A DNA stretch of 64,000 bases, from positions 1,472,001 to 1,536,000 of the forward strand of contig OZ245056.1 of NCBI GenBank assembly GCA_965224705.1, written 5' to 3'. Below, in pieces: positions 19,609-30,919 of the stretch. Every line of letters begins with the position of its first letter. Positions within the stretch are counted from its first letter, which is position 1. The notes below the pieces were generated by a model. The model saw only the letters and a program-made list of their open reading frames with translations, did not search any database and was not told where the DNA came from. A program made the translations under genes and the position numbers. This stretch comes from Spirochaetaceae bacterium (lineage in GTDB: Bacteria > Spirochaetota > Spirochaetia > DSM-2461).

Positions 19609-20918
19609 TGTGCGTTCACTTCTGTCTTCCAAGAATCAATAATTCCGGGCTGGTTAACCCTGTACCGTCGAAAAACGGCATCGCCCCTTCGTACCCGTTC
19701 GCCAACAAAAACTGTGACATTGCTGCCTTTACCAGCTTCATCAACTGAAATACCATCCCTCAATATTCTGTTGACTTCCACCTGAAGCGTTCCCGTTGTA
19801 GAACCCTGGATGAGTAATACATCACCTGCTGCCATTTTTGCACTTTGAATTCGAATTTCGGCCACCCCGGGCTTACGGAAGTAATTGACCACCGTACCAA
19901 CGGTTTCCTTCTTATAGTCTGCCTGACTGTTGGGTTTCTCTGCCCACTCACCAACCGGTTTTCCAAGATAGTGTCCGCTGTGAAAACCTCGATTGAACAC
20001 GGATTCAAGCTCCTGGGTGAGTTCCTTTTTCAGTCTGTCAAAACCGGGACAGGGAACGAAGGGGGAACGAACCTCTTCTGCAATCTTCCACCATACATCT
20101 ATTGCCCTGCGGTAGGTTTTGGTAACAGTTGATACATATTCAGGATTGCGCATACGCCCTTCGATCTTAAGCGATGCGGCCCCTGATGTCAGAATTTTAT
20201 CAATGAACGGCATTGTACAGAGATCTTTTGGACTCATCACATAATTCCGGCCTATTTCAAACTCATATTGGCCCTCAGTATCAATAATTCTGTACTCCCG
20301 GCGACAGGGCTGGAGGCATTTCCCCCTGTTCCCTGAGTGTCCGGTAACAGATTCCGACAGGAAGCATCGGCCGCTGACAGAGACACACATGGCTCCATGG
20401 ATGAAAACCTCCAGTTCCACGAGGTCTGCTTCATCCTTTCCCAGTCTGGCTGTAAGATTTTGCCGAATACGGGAGAAATCATTGAGGGAGCATTCCCTTG
20501 CCATAACAAAGCGGCGGATTCCATACGTTTTATAGTATTCCACTATGCCTGCTGAATTGCTGACCGAAGCCTGGGTGGATAGATGCATGTCCATACCGTG
20601 CTTTCTTACCATCTGAATAACAGCCGGATCCCAGCCAATAACAGCATCCACCCCGGCGGTTTGGGCTGTATCAACAACAGTTTCAAGGGCGGTTAATTCG
20701 TTTTCGAATATAATTGTATTAAGAGTGAGGTAACCCCGCGCCCCATAATTCCTGCACTGCTGCATCACTTCCGGCAATTCCGCAAGAGAAAAATTCCGTG
20801 CTTTATGCCGCATATTAAATGTACCCGCACCAAAGTACACCGCATCCGCTCCAGCCTTGAGGGCCGCTGTCAGACAGGCGGCATCACCAGCAGGAGCTAG
20901 AAGTTCAGGAGGTTTCAT
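19605..20918 (-). CDS. Peptidase U32 family protein (RNA hydroxylation, TrhP/RlhA-like)
   Basis: PELLAPAG, HGAMCVSVSGRC, NRGKCLQPCR, SPKDLC, SLKIEGR motifs. Confidence 0.9.
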   Translation of the reverse strand: MKPPELLAPAGDAACLTAALKAGADAVYFGAGTFNMRHKARNFSLAELPEVMQQCRNYGARGYLTLNTIIFENELTALETVVDTAQTAGVDAVIGWDPAVIQMVRKHGMDMHLSTQASVSNSAGIVEYYKTYGIRRFVMARECSLNDFSRIRQNLTARLGKDEADLVELEVFIHGAMCVSVSGRCFLSESVTGHSGNRGKCLQPCRREYRIIDTEGQYEFEIGRNYVMSPKDLCTMPFIDKILTSGAASLKIEGRMRNPEYVSTVTKTYRRAIDVWWKIAEEVRSPFVPCPGFDRLKKELTQELESVFNRGFHSGHYLGKPVGEWAEKPNSQADYKKETVGTVVNYFRKPGVAEIRIQSAKMAAGDVLLIQGSTTGTLQVEVNRILRDGISVDEAGKGSNVTVFVGERVRRGDAVFRRYRVNQPGIIDSWKTEVNAQ

Positions 20919-21065
20919 CTTTTATCCAGTGCAGTCAGAATACTTACTCATACTGCTTTTAAGAGATCTGCCATGTTGCCATAGTTGTACTGATGGAGTA
21001 AAGGGGCCTTATCTACTTAAAAAAATGCTTTTGCTCAGTAATTCAAAAAAACAACAGAACCCGCA

Positions 21066-21232
21066 TAGAAATTCCCCAAACTAAAAAAAATCATCCACCC
21101 TGTCCCAGTAATCCATGAAAACTCTTGTGCCTCCTTGTAGGGACAGTTCTGTCCACCTTTTATACTTTTTGGAGAAGAAGATGCATCTTTGCTGAAGTAA
21201 AGGAGATGTCGGAGGCGTTTGGGGAATTTCTA
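21066..21232. mobile_element. Putative MITE family D
   Basis: 16-bp perfect inverted repeat TAGAAATTCCCCAAAC / GTTTGGGGAATTTCTA bounding 167 bp of non-coding DNA. Confidence 0.6.
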
Positions 21233-21241
21233 AAGGAGGTG

Positions 21242-21270
21242 TTGACAATATCGATTTGCTCCTATTATAA
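21242..21270 (+). promoter_or_regulatory. Sigma70-type promoter
   Basis: TTGACA-N16-TATTAT. Confidence 0.5.
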
Positions 21271-21373
21271 ACTTTGCATAGTGTCGCGAAGGTTGTAGAA
21301 CACGAAATTTCTGTGCTTCTCGTCGTCCTTCAATTGGAAAATTCCGCAATGGACACACTCTTCATGGCACCAG

Positions 21374-21534
21374 GAGTCTGTCGGACTTTGAGACTTCGAG
21401 GCGATTTTTGATGTTTTTTTTCCGATACAAGGCGGCAAAAGCGGAGCGTAGCTGGGCTACGTGAGCATTTTGGCAACGCCGTAGCGGGAAAAAAGGGCAA
21501 AAATCGAGCCGTGAGGCGTAAGTCCGACAGACTC
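21374..21534. mobile_element. MITE family A, 161 bp
   Basis: Same TIRs and core as 15806-15965; flanks CCAG/CTGG. Confidence 0.9.
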
Positions 21535-21554
21535 CTGGGAGTCCCACTAATTGG

Positions 21555-21717
21555 GGACTTGCGAAGTGATTTCGAGGATTCTCCCCGCTTCAAGACGGCC
21601 TGTATGCATGCAGCGCACAGGCAGGCCGGGGCAAGCGTATGGACTGCGTGAGCATTCGGCAATGCGGAAGCAGGAAAAGGAAAAAATCACCGCAGGCATT
21701 TCAATCCGGCAGGCTCC
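21555..21717. mobile_element. Degenerate MITE-A-like element
   Basis: Eroded core (gcgtatggactgcgtgagcattcggcaatgcg) and eroded end (aatccggcaggctc). Confidence 0.5.
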
Positions 21718-21758
21718 TCGCTAAAGCGTAAACCTTTTGAGAATAGGAGTAATAGACA

Positions 21759-22229
21759 GTGAAACGTCGTCTTACACTGATCCTTCTGTGCCTGATCCCC
21801 TTCGTGATCTCCGCCCAGAACAAGAAAGATGTAGCCCTCGTGTATCCATCGGGTCACACAAAATTCGCGGGCCGTGCCCGTAAGGACATCTTCAAGGCTT
21901 TCAGAGGCCAGGCCGTGAACCTGGATGAGTTCAAAATGAGAGAGGCCATGCCGGATATCCTGGAGAAATACGACACCGTTCTCTTGATGCTCACGCCCGA
22001 AGACCTCAAGGCGAAAAACATCCAGGCCATACTTAAAGCGAGTCGGGAGGCAAACCAGAAAACAGGTCAGAACGCGGGCAGGAAAACGGCGAGAGTCCTT
22101 GTTTGGCAGCTTGCGGCGGTGAAGGGGGATGTCGCAGGTGTCGATGCCGTTACATCGGCCACCAAAGAGTCCCCGGCCAAAGCGACTCTCAGGAAGAGCA
22201 TTCTCCCCTTCCTTTTGGGATCGCCGTAG
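21759..22229 (+). CDS. Secreted flavodoxin-like protein with a VDAVTSAT motif
   Basis: AGGAG RBS, signal peptide, C-terminal DAVTSAT. Confidence 0.6.
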   Translation: MKRRLTLILLCLIPFVISAQNKKDVALVYPSGHTKFAGRARKDIFKAFRGQAVNLDEFKMREAMPDILEKYDTVLLMLTPEDLKAKNIQAILKASREANQKTGQNAGRKTARVLVWQLAAVKGDVAGVDAVTSATKESPAKATLRKSILPFLLGSP

Positions 22230-22254
22230 ATGCGAAAACTGGGTGCTATCGCCG

Positions 22255-22563
22255 TAATATCGGCGGGTTGGGTGATACTACACATCCGATTTTTATGAAA
22301 AATGTGCCCCCGGCACCCCGGTGAGAATCACTGGCCCCTACGGGCGTTTCGTCTACAAACCCGATGGACGCGGGAAAAGCCTTTTCATCGCCGGAGGAGT
22401 GGGTGTGACACCGTTCTTGAGCATCATCGACACATTGAAAGAGCAGAGTTTGGAGACTCCAGTTCATCTTCTATGGCTCTGTTCCATGGAAACGGATTTC
22501 TTCGATCGGGAAGAAGTGGAAGACGGCGCATTCATCGCGAAGCGTTTTCTTTTTAATTCATAG
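22255..22563 (+). pseudogene. Fragment of a ferredoxin-NADP-reductase-like (FAD/NAD-binding) gene
   Basis: GLGDTT.../PGTPVRITGPYG...FIAGGVGVTPFLS spread over two frames; no N-terminus. Confidence 0.7.
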
Positions 22564-22837
22564 GCAAACCGTGCATCGCAGGGACAAAGCTCGTCAGGAT
22601 CATTGAAAAGGCTTAGAAACCTGCATGCTGCAATTGACACCACGGATGTTAAAGTATAGGCTTTAATGTGACTGATGCGTATGATTTGAAAACTTATTCA
22701 TTCTTTGAGGAACACATCGGAGGTAGTTGGGTTCAATAAAAAATGGTTTACCTTGAGAATCATTACAGTTTGATGTACATTTGCTCCGATATATCAGGAA
22801 AGAACCTCAAGAAATAGCAGGAGAAGAGTAATCCAGA

Positions 22838-23485
22838 ATGACAATATCTTTAATGCAGATAATAGCATGGTGTGCTTCCATTCCGGTTTTCTTTGCTTTC
22901 TTCATGAAGACAATGATCCCATTGAGGATCGTGGCTATTTCAAGCAATTGTATCTTCATTCTGTATGGGGTCCTTGGAATACTTCAGGGAATCTCGGAGG
23001 TATTGCCGATTATGGTGCTGCATCTCAGTCTGCTGCCACTGAATTGTATTCGGCTTAAACAGGCAAGACAGCTGATTAAACGCGTTGAAACAGCATCATC
23101 CCAGGAGAAATTGTCGAATGAACTCATCCCCTATATGACCTTGAAAAAATATAAAGAAGGTACAACCCTATTTCATAAAGGAGACCGTGCGGATCGATTC
23201 TACTACATCAAGAAAGGTTCTGTCATAATTACCGAACTGAACAAGACACTGGGAGAAAACAAGGTTTTTGGCGAAGTAGGCATTTTTGGCCCTGGCTCGG
23301 TCAGATCTGCCGGGGTTGTCTGTCTTGAAAACAGTGAAATATACAACATTTCAAAGAGAAAAATGCTGCAGCTCTATTTTCAGAATCCAAAGTTTGGTTT
23401 TTTTATCGTTCGGCTGTTGTCGAATTACGCATTGGATAATGTTAATAAACTGCATTATCCTGATGTTGAGGATGAGACAGAATAG
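22838..23485 (+). CDS. Membrane-anchored cyclic-nucleotide-binding protein
   Basis: N-terminal TM helices; LFHKGD, FGEVG...RSA cNMP motifs. Confidence 0.85.
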   Translation: MTISLMQIIAWCASIPVFFAFFMKTMIPLRIVAISSNCIFILYGVLGILQGISEVLPIMVLHLSLLPLNCIRLKQARQLIKRVETASSQEKLSNELIPYMTLKKYKEGTTLFHKGDRADRFYYIKKGSVIITELNKTLGENKVFGEVGIFGPGSVRSAGVVCLENSEIYNISKRKMLQLYFQNPKFGFFIVRLLSNYALDNVNKLHYPDVEDETE

Positions 23486-23641
23486 AAAATCCGTCTCCTG
23501 CGAAACCTGTTTCCCTGAATTTGAGGTTCCTGTTGTTATACTTCGGTCAGAGTTGCTTATTGACAATGAAGAATAAGTATTCTATTTTGTGACTATCTTT
23601 TATGCCATTCTCTGTATAGAGTTTTTTCTGGAGGTATTATC

Positions 23642-25567
23642 ATGAGTGTTTTGAACAATATCAGCATATCCACCAAGCTCATTCTTTTCCTGTTTATCCC
23701 GCTGTTAATAATTTCTGTACTTATCTATGCAGGGATATATTTCACCTTGAATGATCTTGAATCATACATGATGAATGAAACGGAAAAAATGCTTATGAAC
23801 AAGCATAAACAGGAATTGAAATCTGTGACTGAAGTCGGGATCTCAGTGATACTGAGCGTTTACAATGATCCCGATATTCCTGAGGAAATGAAATTCAATA
23901 TGGCGGCATCCCATCTTCGGGAACTTGAATTTGGAACTGATGGATACTATTTCGTGTATGAAAATGGCACCGGAAAGAATCTGATCCATGGTGGTAACTC
24001 GAATCTTGAAGGAGTGAACCTGTGGGAATTTCAAGATCCCAACGACCCTCAGTTCATGATACAGGAATTAGACCGGGTTGCCAATGAGGGCTCTCTTTTT
24101 CATCAGTACTACTGGACTAAAAGAGATACTGATACCACCCATCCAAAGCTTGGAACGGCGCAGCTGATTCCAGGTACCAACATGTGGATTGGAACTGGAA
24201 CGTACCTGGATGAAATCGAGACTGAGCTTCAAGTCGTGCACGATTCAGTTGTACGGAAAAGCAATGAGAGGCTGCAGCCGTTTATAATTGGGTTTATTGC
24301 ATACCTTCTAATTGCCCTGCTGTTCATCATCCGGCTGTCACGTAGTTTTACCAGACCGATAAACAGTGCAACAACATTTGCAACAGCTATGGCAGGTGGT
24401 GACTTATCTGTTTCACTGGCAGTGGAGTATGATGGCAAAAATGAAATCGGGATGTTGATAGGCTCATTGAATCAAATGAAGAGCAATTTCTGGAACATGG
24501 TTAACAGCCTTCAGGAGGTTTCAGCCAAACTGTTGACAAGCAGTGACCAGATCAATAATTCTGTTACTTCAATGAATCAATTTGCAGATAATCTGGTGAG
24601 GGGTATATCCGGGATTGAGGATCAGATTATTTCTTTTGAACAATCAGTGGACCATACGAAACAATCCTCAGATGATATCAATACTTTTATTAACAAGCTG
24701 ACGGAACTGATCGTTAACCAGGCATCGGCCCTGACTGAATCTACTGCTTCCATTGAGCAGATGTCATTGAGTATTCAAAACATTGCCAAATCAACCGATG
24801 AGAAATTCCTTCTTGCAAGGGAACTGGAGTCACGAGCACAAAAAGGTGTTTCCGAAATGCAGGTTACAACAGGGATTATCAAAGAGATGGCTGAATCGGC
24901 CAATGTAATGATGGATATGATCGCCGTTATCAACAATATTACAACACAGACAAACTTATTGGCCATGAATGCATCTATTGAAGCAGCCCATGCAGGTGAA
25001 GCTGGTAAAGGGTTTGCTGTTGTTGCCAATGAAATTCTCAAGCTGGCCAAGGATACTTCGGCCAATGCCAAACAGATTTCTGATTCTTTGAAGAATACCA
25101 TGGCATTGATCAGCAATTCAAAGAAGTCAATCACCAATACCGAGCAGTTATTCGACAATCTGGTGGTAGAGATTAAGGGATTGGCAAGCAGTATGACTGA
25201 AATGAAGAATCATTCCCAGGAACTGGCAACTGGCAGTACTCAAATCACCTATGCCCTGGGTGATATCATGTCAATAACTGAAAATGTGAAAGAATCATCC
25301 AGTACCGCTCTTGAAAAAGTTGGAACAATTGATGGACATATCGATAAACTGGTTAATGATTTCACCAAGACCAAAGATGGACTTGAGATAATCGTTTCAA
25401 GTACTCAGGAGCTGTCGCAGCACATTGTTCATGTACAAACCATTGGTGAAAACAATTCAGGCATAGTTTCCAGCCTTGACACCACTGTTGTATCATTCAA
25501 TCTTTCTGAGGAACAGAAAAAAAAGAACTCTGATGAAAAAAAATCAGATGAAGCTGAGGACTCCTGA
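23642..25567 (+). CDS. Methyl-accepting chemotaxis protein (Cache + HAMP)
   Basis: Two TM segments, Cache-like [33 protein letters not shown]. Confidence 0.95.
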   Translation: MSVLNNISISTKLILFLFIPLLIISVLIYAGIYFTLNDLESYMMNETEKMLMNKHKQELKSVTEVGISVILSVYNDPDIPEEMKFNMAASHLRELEFGTDGYYFVYENGTGKNLIHGGNSNLEGVNLWEFQDPNDPQFMIQELDRVANEGSLFHQYYWTKRDTDTTHPKLGTAQLIPGTNMWIGTGTYLDEIETELQVVHDSVVRKSNERLQPFIIGFIAYLLIALLFIIRLSRSFTRPINSATTFATAMAGGDLSVSLAVEYDGKNEIGMLIGSLNQMKSNFWNMVNSLQEVSAKLLTSSDQINNSVTSMNQFADNLVRGISGIEDQIISFEQSVDHTKQSSDDINTFINKLTELIVNQASALTESTASIEQMSLSIQNIAKSTDEKFLLARELESRAQKGVSEMQVTTGIIKEMAESANVMMDMIAVINNITTQTNLLAMNASIEAAHAGEAGKGFAVVANEILKLAKDTSANAKQISDSLKNTMALISNSKKSITNTEQLFDNLVVEIKGLASSMTEMKNHSQELATGSTQITYALGDIMSITENVKESSSTALEKVGTIDGHIDKLVNDFTKTKDGLEIIVSSTQELSQHIVHVQTIGENNSGIVSSLDTTVVSFNLSEEQKKKNSDEKKSDEAEDS

Positions 25568-25579
25568 GCTCCCAGGCTC

Positions 25580-26875
25580 CTAAACTTCTTTGCAGGCCTT
25601 ATACAGGTTGGCAAATAGGGTCTGGATCTGATCTTCAGGCAGGGATGAGTACGCTATTCGCACTAAATCAGCCAGCGCAATCACTCCTGTGTCATATCTG
25701 GTCAAAAGCTTTTGCCTAACAGCTTCGCCATCACCTTTCTTGATATGGACACACATGAAGTAGCCTGAATTGAATGGTAGAGCTTCAAACTCCTCTAAAT
25801 ACTCCGGGTGAGACTTTAAAATACTCACTAAAAGATCATGCCGCTGTTTCAACAGATTGTATGCACGCTTCTTTTCCTTCTTATAATCCGCATCGTTATA
25901 CGCAGCGAGAAGCAGGGACTGAGAAAGATGAGAGTCATTGGAAATGCTTCCTCTGACCCGGCCGGCAGCTTTATCTTCTAAAACACCAAGAGCCTTGCTG
26001 CTTAATCCCCTGCCGGCAAAAGTAATAAAACCAACCCGCAATCCCCATACATAATCCTCCTTTGTTGCACCATCAACTTTGCATGCAACAATACGCTCGT
26101 GGAGATTGGCACATCGGGCAAACAGCGATTCCTTGAAGATTCCTTCCCGGTAAACCAGACCAAAATAAGCATCATCGGTTATTAGAAGAATCGTTTTCCC
26201 TGCATCGGCAGCCGATTTCAAAGCCAGTACAACGGCTTCCGCCTCGTTCTCTGTGAGAGTATATCCTGTAGGATTATTGGGAAAATTAAATAAAACAATC
26301 TTTTTATCACCCGGCATCATCAATGCCTGTTGTAATCCCTCAGTATTGAAATCACCCGTTGAATCCCTGCCCTTAAAGGTCGGATAGGTTTTAAATACGG
26401 TTTGATAGGCTTCCGAGAAAAGAAGCCTGTAATTTCCCCAGTAATGCTCCGGCAGGATGATTTCATCACCCTCATCAAAGAAAAGGTAACCGGCCACTGC
26501 CAGCCCATGCGTAAGGGCGTTAGTGACTACCGGCCGAGATATCTCCGTGTTTCCCAGCAGAGGATTTTTTTCTCTGATCATTTCCTTCCAGAGGTCCCGA
26601 AGAGCTGGCTTCCCATAGCTGGGAGCATAACTGAATACATCTTTGGGGTTGAGTTTTATAAGTTTTTCAAGGGAGGCCAACCGCAGGGGAGTCCCATCGT
26701 CGTTCCTGGCTTCCCCTATCGAGGCATTGATGGTTTTGTTCCTGGCTTCCAGACCTTGAGCAACAAGACCTTTTCGAGGGAAGAAGATACCTCTTCCCCG
26801 TTTGGACAGAAGTCTCAGTGCTGCTTTTCCTTCGATTTCCAGAATACTGTTCAATTCAGTGGCTTGCGGATTCAT
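25580..26875 (-). CDS. Class I/II PLP-dependent aminotransferase
   Basis: NFPNNPTGY, DDAY, DGATKE..WGLRVG. Confidence 0.9.
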   Translation of the reverse strand: MNPQATELNSILEIEGKAALRLLSKRGRGIFFPRKGLVAQGLEARNKTINASIGEARNDDGTPLRLASLEKLIKLNPKDVFSYAPSYGKPALRDLWKEMIREKNPLLGNTEISRPVVTNALTHGLAVAGYLFFDEGDEIILPEHYWGNYRLLFSEAYQTVFKTYPTFKGRDSTGDFNTEGLQQALMMPGDKKIVLFNFPNNPTGYTLTENEAEAVVLALKSAADAGKTILLITDDAYFGLVYREGIFKESLFARCANLHERIVACKVDGATKEDYVWGLRVGFITFAGRGLSSKALGVLEDKAAGRVRGSISNDSHLSQSLLLAAYNDADYKKEKKRAYNLLKQRHDLLVSILKSHPEYLEEFEALPFNSGYFMCVHIKKGDGEAVRQKLLTRYDTGVIALADLVRIAYSSLPEDQIQTLFANLYKACKEV

Positions 26876-26915
26876 ATTGACCTCCCTTCTATTTTATTCG
26901 ACAGATGAATTCCTG

Positions 26916-29312
26916 TCATCCAGACAACCGGGATAATGCTGCAAGTTTCATTAATCCCTTCCTGACTCTGTAATTTATGCTGTTGGATTCAAAGTGACCA
27001 TTTTTTTGCTCCCTACCAGCATTCATACCAGCGAGGAGGGTCATGACTTCATCCATATCTTTTGCCGTCCAGACATGAAACGCTCCTGCTTTGATTGCAG
27101 CCATAACTCTGTCAGACAGGATAACATTGTTCACATTGCCAGCAGGTATGATGACTCCCTGCTGTCCAGTTAATCCCCTGGCTCTACATACTTTGAAAAA
27201 ACCTTGAATCTTTTTTTGTATCCTGCCTACAGGCTGGATCTCTCCCAGCTGGTTTACAGCACCCGTAACCGCCACATCCTGCCGAATCGGCAAATTAGCA
27301 ATTGCAGAAAGAAGGGCGGCCAGTTCCGCAGCAGATGCTGAATCACCATCAATTTCATAGTAAGACTGTTCAACGGCAAGACTGGCTGTCAATGAGATAT
27401 TACGATGTGCAAACCGCTGTCTTATATATCCTTCCATGAGGAAAACACCCTTGTCATGAAGTTCTCCTGAAAGTCCGGATTCCCTCTCTATGTTGATCAG
27501 TCCATCCTTCCCCGGGCTGACTGCTGCTGTAATTCTGAGAGGGATCCCAAATGAATACGCACCCCTTTCCAGTACAGCCAATCCGTTAACGGTACCAATT
27601 CTCCTTCCTTCAACAGAGAGCATAATCATTCCATTTTCGATCTGTTCCATGAGAACTTGTTCTGGTAGATTATTCATGTACTCCCGGCAGTCAATTGCCT
27701 TTTGAATCATTTCTCTGTCAATACATGATTTGCTTTCTTGAGCGGCAGTATAATCCGATTCCCGGATAAGATCTCCGATTAAACTGAACTGTGTGCTGAG
27801 CCTGTCGCGCCGTTCTGCCAGATGGATACCATAGGCAATGATTTCCCTGATGCCATCCGGATTAACAGGCTTGAGATTCTCCTTACGTACAAAACCATGG
27901 ATGAAGGCAGCATATTCATTCTCGGTTTCTGCCTGTCGCGGCATATCCGCGCTGAACTCAGCGGTAATCTTAAACAGTTTGAAAAAATCGTCATCATTCT
28001 CACCAATGGATTGATAGATCCTTTCAGAGCCGATTAGAATTACCGTTGTTTCCGTAGTAATTGGTTCAGGTTTCATTAGAATTGGAAGAGGGCCGAGGGA
28101 TGTTGACTGTACTTCCGGTACAACGTGTCTGGTTTGAAAAGCCCTTTTCAGTTCTGGCCAGAGATTCTCCCTGGAGAATACATCTTCTGCCTGAAGGATG
28201 AGAAAACCTCCATCGGCCTTTAGGAGGGAACCAGCCTTTATCATCATCATGTTTGTCCGGATTTCTCCCGAAACATCGTATCTGGCTTCAATGGAACCGA
28301 AAAGATTCAATTTTGTCGGATTGGTTTCATGAACAACGGGCCGCCTGTCGACTCCATGTCTGTCCAGTACAATATTCACCCCATAGTGAACATCCAGGTC
28401 GACCTCCTCCGCTCCTTCGTCATTATCATCTCCAATGAACCAGTGAGCGTTTTCTACAACATCAGCCGCTATGGCTTCAAGGTGATTTCGAACATCCTCA
28501 CCCTTCCACTGCTTCAATATAACCGTGCATTCTTCCCCGATCCCGGGCTGTATCGTTTCCGTTCTCAGTTCTTTCAGCTTTCTTTCCAGTGACTCCCGGG
28601 CCGTTTTCAAATCTCGATGTATTGAGTTCATATCGTCCATGAGGGCAAAATAACGTTCCCGGGTTTCCTTCCATGTTTCTTGAGAAACAGACCCTGTGGG
28701 GATCTGATTCTGCAGTTCCTCAAAGCGCACTGTTTCACCATCGATAATCGGAGCAATATCCATGGACAATCCTTCCTGTACATCCTCGGTTTGTACCATA
28801 CGGAATCCCTCCGCATTGAGCTGACTCTCAAATTCCGCCAGGATTTCATTTTCCTTCCTTTCAACTCCATGAATCAGGGCAACCTTTTCAGTTTTGTACG
28901 TTTCCGAGTCAAGATCTTGGGTGATTCTGTTTTGAATCCGTTTGATAAGAAGAATTATGTCTTTTTTCAGTTTGCCAGCCGTCCCCTCAGGAAGAATCAG
29001 GGGCCTGGGTTTGTCTGGTTCATTGAAATCCTGGACATAGACAATGTCCCGCAGATTTCCATTTTTTCGGTTATTATGATTAAGAATATCAAGTATTGCT
29101 GTATGCTTCCCGATTCCGGATTCTCCCACTACAAGTATGTTATACCCTTTTGCGTTGATGGCCATGCCCATCTTCAGGGCTTTTACAGCTCTTTCCTGAC
29201 CAACAACCGACCAGGTTCGTATGCTGTTGGGTGCTGCGGGGCTGGAATTTGATGGCCTGTTTATATCCAGGACAATATCCTTGTATTTCAGTTCAACTGG
29301 CAGCTGCAACAT
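26916..29312 (-). CDS. Lon-family (LonC-like) protease
   Basis: GESGIGK, EQSY..IDGDSAS (catalytic Ser), PVG..QKKI (catalytic Lys). The start could alternatively be 29336. Confidence 0.9.
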   Translation of the reverse strand: MLQLPVELKYKDIVLDINRPSNSSPAAPNSIRTWSVVGQERAVKALKMGMAINAKGYNILVVGESGIGKHTAILDILNHNNRKNGNLRDIVYVQDFNEPDKPRPLILPEGTAGKLKKDIILLIKRIQNRITQDLDSETYKTEKVALIHGVERKENEILAEFESQLNAEGFRMVQTEDVQEGLSMDIAPIIDGETVRFEELQNQIPTGSVSQETWKETRERYFALMDDMNSIHRDLKTARESLERKLKELRTETIQPGIGEECTVILKQWKGEDVRNHLEAIAADVVENAHWFIGDDNDEGAEEVDLDVHYGVNIVLDRHGVDRRPVVHETNPTKLNLFGSIEARYDVSGEIRTNMMMIKAGSLLKADGGFLILQAEDVFSRENLWPELKRAFQTRHVVPEVQSTSLGPLPILMKPEPITTETTVILIGSERIYQSIGENDDDFFKLFKITAEFSADMPRQAETENEYAAFIHGFVRKENLKPVNPDGIREIIAYGIHLAERRDRLSTQFSLIGDLIRESDYTAAQESKSCIDREMIQKAIDCREYMNNLPEQVLMEQIENGMIMLSVEGRRIGTVNGLAVLERGAYSFGIPLRITAAVSPGKDGLINIERESGLSGELHDKGVFLMEGYIRQRFAHRNISLTASLAVEQSYYEIDGDSASAAELAALLSAIANLPIRQDVAVTGAVNQLGEIQPVGRIQKKIQGFFKVCRARGLTGQQGVIIPAGNVNNVILSDRVMAAIKAGAFHVWTAKDMDEVMTLLAGMNAGREQKNGHFESNSINYRVRKGLMKLAALSRLSG

Positions 29313-29357
29313 TGTTTGAATATAGCGGTAAATCATTCTCTGGACTATAATGGAGCG

Positions 29358-30119
29358 ATGAAATTAGCAGAATTTGATAAATGGGCAAGGTCTGTTCTGG
29401 AATTTCAGGGTATTGATTCTCTTGATTCAGCCATAAATGGGATACAGGTTGGAGATGTCAATGCTGAAATTTCCAGAATTGCCTTTGCAGTAGACGCCTG
29501 TGAGGACTCTTTTGTCCAGACAAAGGAAAGTGGGGCCCAGGCTCTTTTTGTTCATCACGGCCTGTTTTGGGGATCGGCTTATGCTCTCACAGGTGTTCGA
29601 GGCAGCCGTATTCGTTTCCTCATGAAAAATGACATAGCTCTATACGCCTGTCACCTGCCTCTGGATCGTCATCCGGAACTTGGAAACAATGCACAGATGG
29701 CCAGAGTTCTGGAGTTGACCCAACTGAAGGAATTTGGGGACTATAAGGGACAGAAAATCGGCTGTAAAGGTCTTTTAAAAACTGGTATGGATCTGGAATC
29801 GGTTGTAATTCGTCTGTTCGGCGCATGGGACAGTAGAATCAATGCCTTGAGATTTGGACCAAAGAAGATTTTCAATGTTGGAATTATCTCCGGAGGGGCT
29901 GTTTATGAGGTAAGCCAGGCCATTGATGAGAAATTAGACCTTTATATTACCGGCGATTCATCCCATAATATCTACCATGAATGCAAGGAGGCTGGAATCA
30001 ATGTTCTTTTTGCTGGCCATTACCTTACCGAATTGTTCGGAGTCCGGGCCATGTCGGAACGTGTAAAAACGGAATTGGGACTGGAAACTCATTTCATTGA
30101 TGTTCCAACCGGATACTGA
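29358..30119 (+). CDS. Nif3-like dinuclear metal centre protein (DUF34)
   Basis: NGIQV, VHHGLFW, HLPLD.HP..GNN, AGHY.TE motifs. Confidence 0.92.
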   Translation: MKLAEFDKWARSVLEFQGIDSLDSAINGIQVGDVNAEISRIAFAVDACEDSFVQTKESGAQALFVHHGLFWGSAYALTGVRGSRIRFLMKNDIALYACHLPLDRHPELGNNAQMARVLELTQLKEFGDYKGQKIGCKGLLKTGMDLESVVIRLFGAWDSRINALRFGPKKIFNVGIISGGAVYEVSQAIDEKLDLYITGDSSHNIYHECKEAGINVLFAGHYLTELFGVRAMSERVKTELGLETHFIDVPTGY

Positions 30120-30132
30120 TGGAGAAGACCAT

Positions 30133-30651
30133 TTGAAGAAGTATAAATATTTCTTGCTTGCGGCTGTTATTCTGGCTGCAGACCAGATCACCAAAATTCT
30201 GATTGTTAAATACATCCCTCTGCACAGTATTGGATGGAGTTTCTCCGGTGATTTTTTTCGTCTCATACATGTGAGAAATCTGGGAATGGCATTCAGCCTG
30301 GGGAATAGCTTCCCCCCCCTGCTCAAGACAGTCGTAATGATCATACTTCCCCTCAGTGTTCTGTCAGTAATCGGTGTGCAGATTGTTCGCAACAGCAATC
30401 TGACAAACGATCAGCGCTGGATATTTGCCGTAATACTTGGGGGAGGTCTGGGGAATCAAATTGATCGCATTTTCAGACAGGAGGGTGTTGTTGATTTTCT
30501 TGATTTCAAGTTTTATGGTCTACTGGGTATGGAAAGATGGCCTACTTTCAATATAGCCGATTCAAGCCTTGTAATCTCAATGATTCTACTGATTCTGTTC
30601 CAAATCATTCAGGAGGTAAGATTAAAAAAGAATCATGAACAAGAAGCTTAA
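30133..30651 (+). CDS. lspA: Signal peptidase II
   Basis: DQITK, NLGMAFS, GGGLGNQIDR, VVDF, FNIADS. Confidence 0.95.
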   Translation: MKKYKYFLLAAVILAADQITKILIVKYIPLHSIGWSFSGDFFRLIHVRNLGMAFSLGNSFPPLLKTVVMIILPLSVLSVIGVQIVRNSNLTNDQRWIFAVILGGGLGNQIDRIFRQEGVVDFLDFKFYGLLGMERWPTFNIADSSLVISMILLILFQIIQEVRLKKNHEQEA

Positions 30652-30919
30652 CACATTTTGTTTCTTAGTCATTGCAACAATTCTCAATCTCGTCATGCTT
30701 GCAGTCCTGGCGGTTGTTCTCCTTCTTTTTTTTGAACTGACTTTCAGAAATATCGAGGAGGTATCTCAAGGGCTGTCATTGCTGGCCATCATAGTCATTC
30801 TTTCCGGCTCCATTGGCGGTTCTTTTTTACTCTATTCCAGAATTATGAAATGGGCCGCCGAAAAATGGAATCTGGAGAATTACCTGACTTCGATGTTTAA
30901 ATCTGGTAGAAAGCATTGA
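30635..30919 (+). CDS. Small membrane protein
   Basis: Two hydrophobic segments; AGGAGG upstream; overlaps lspA. Confidence 0.7.
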   Translation: MNKKLNTFCFLVIATILNLVMLAVLAVVLLLFFELTFRNIEEVSQGLSLLAIIVILSGSIGGSFLLYSRIMKWAAEKWNLENYLTSMFKSGRKH

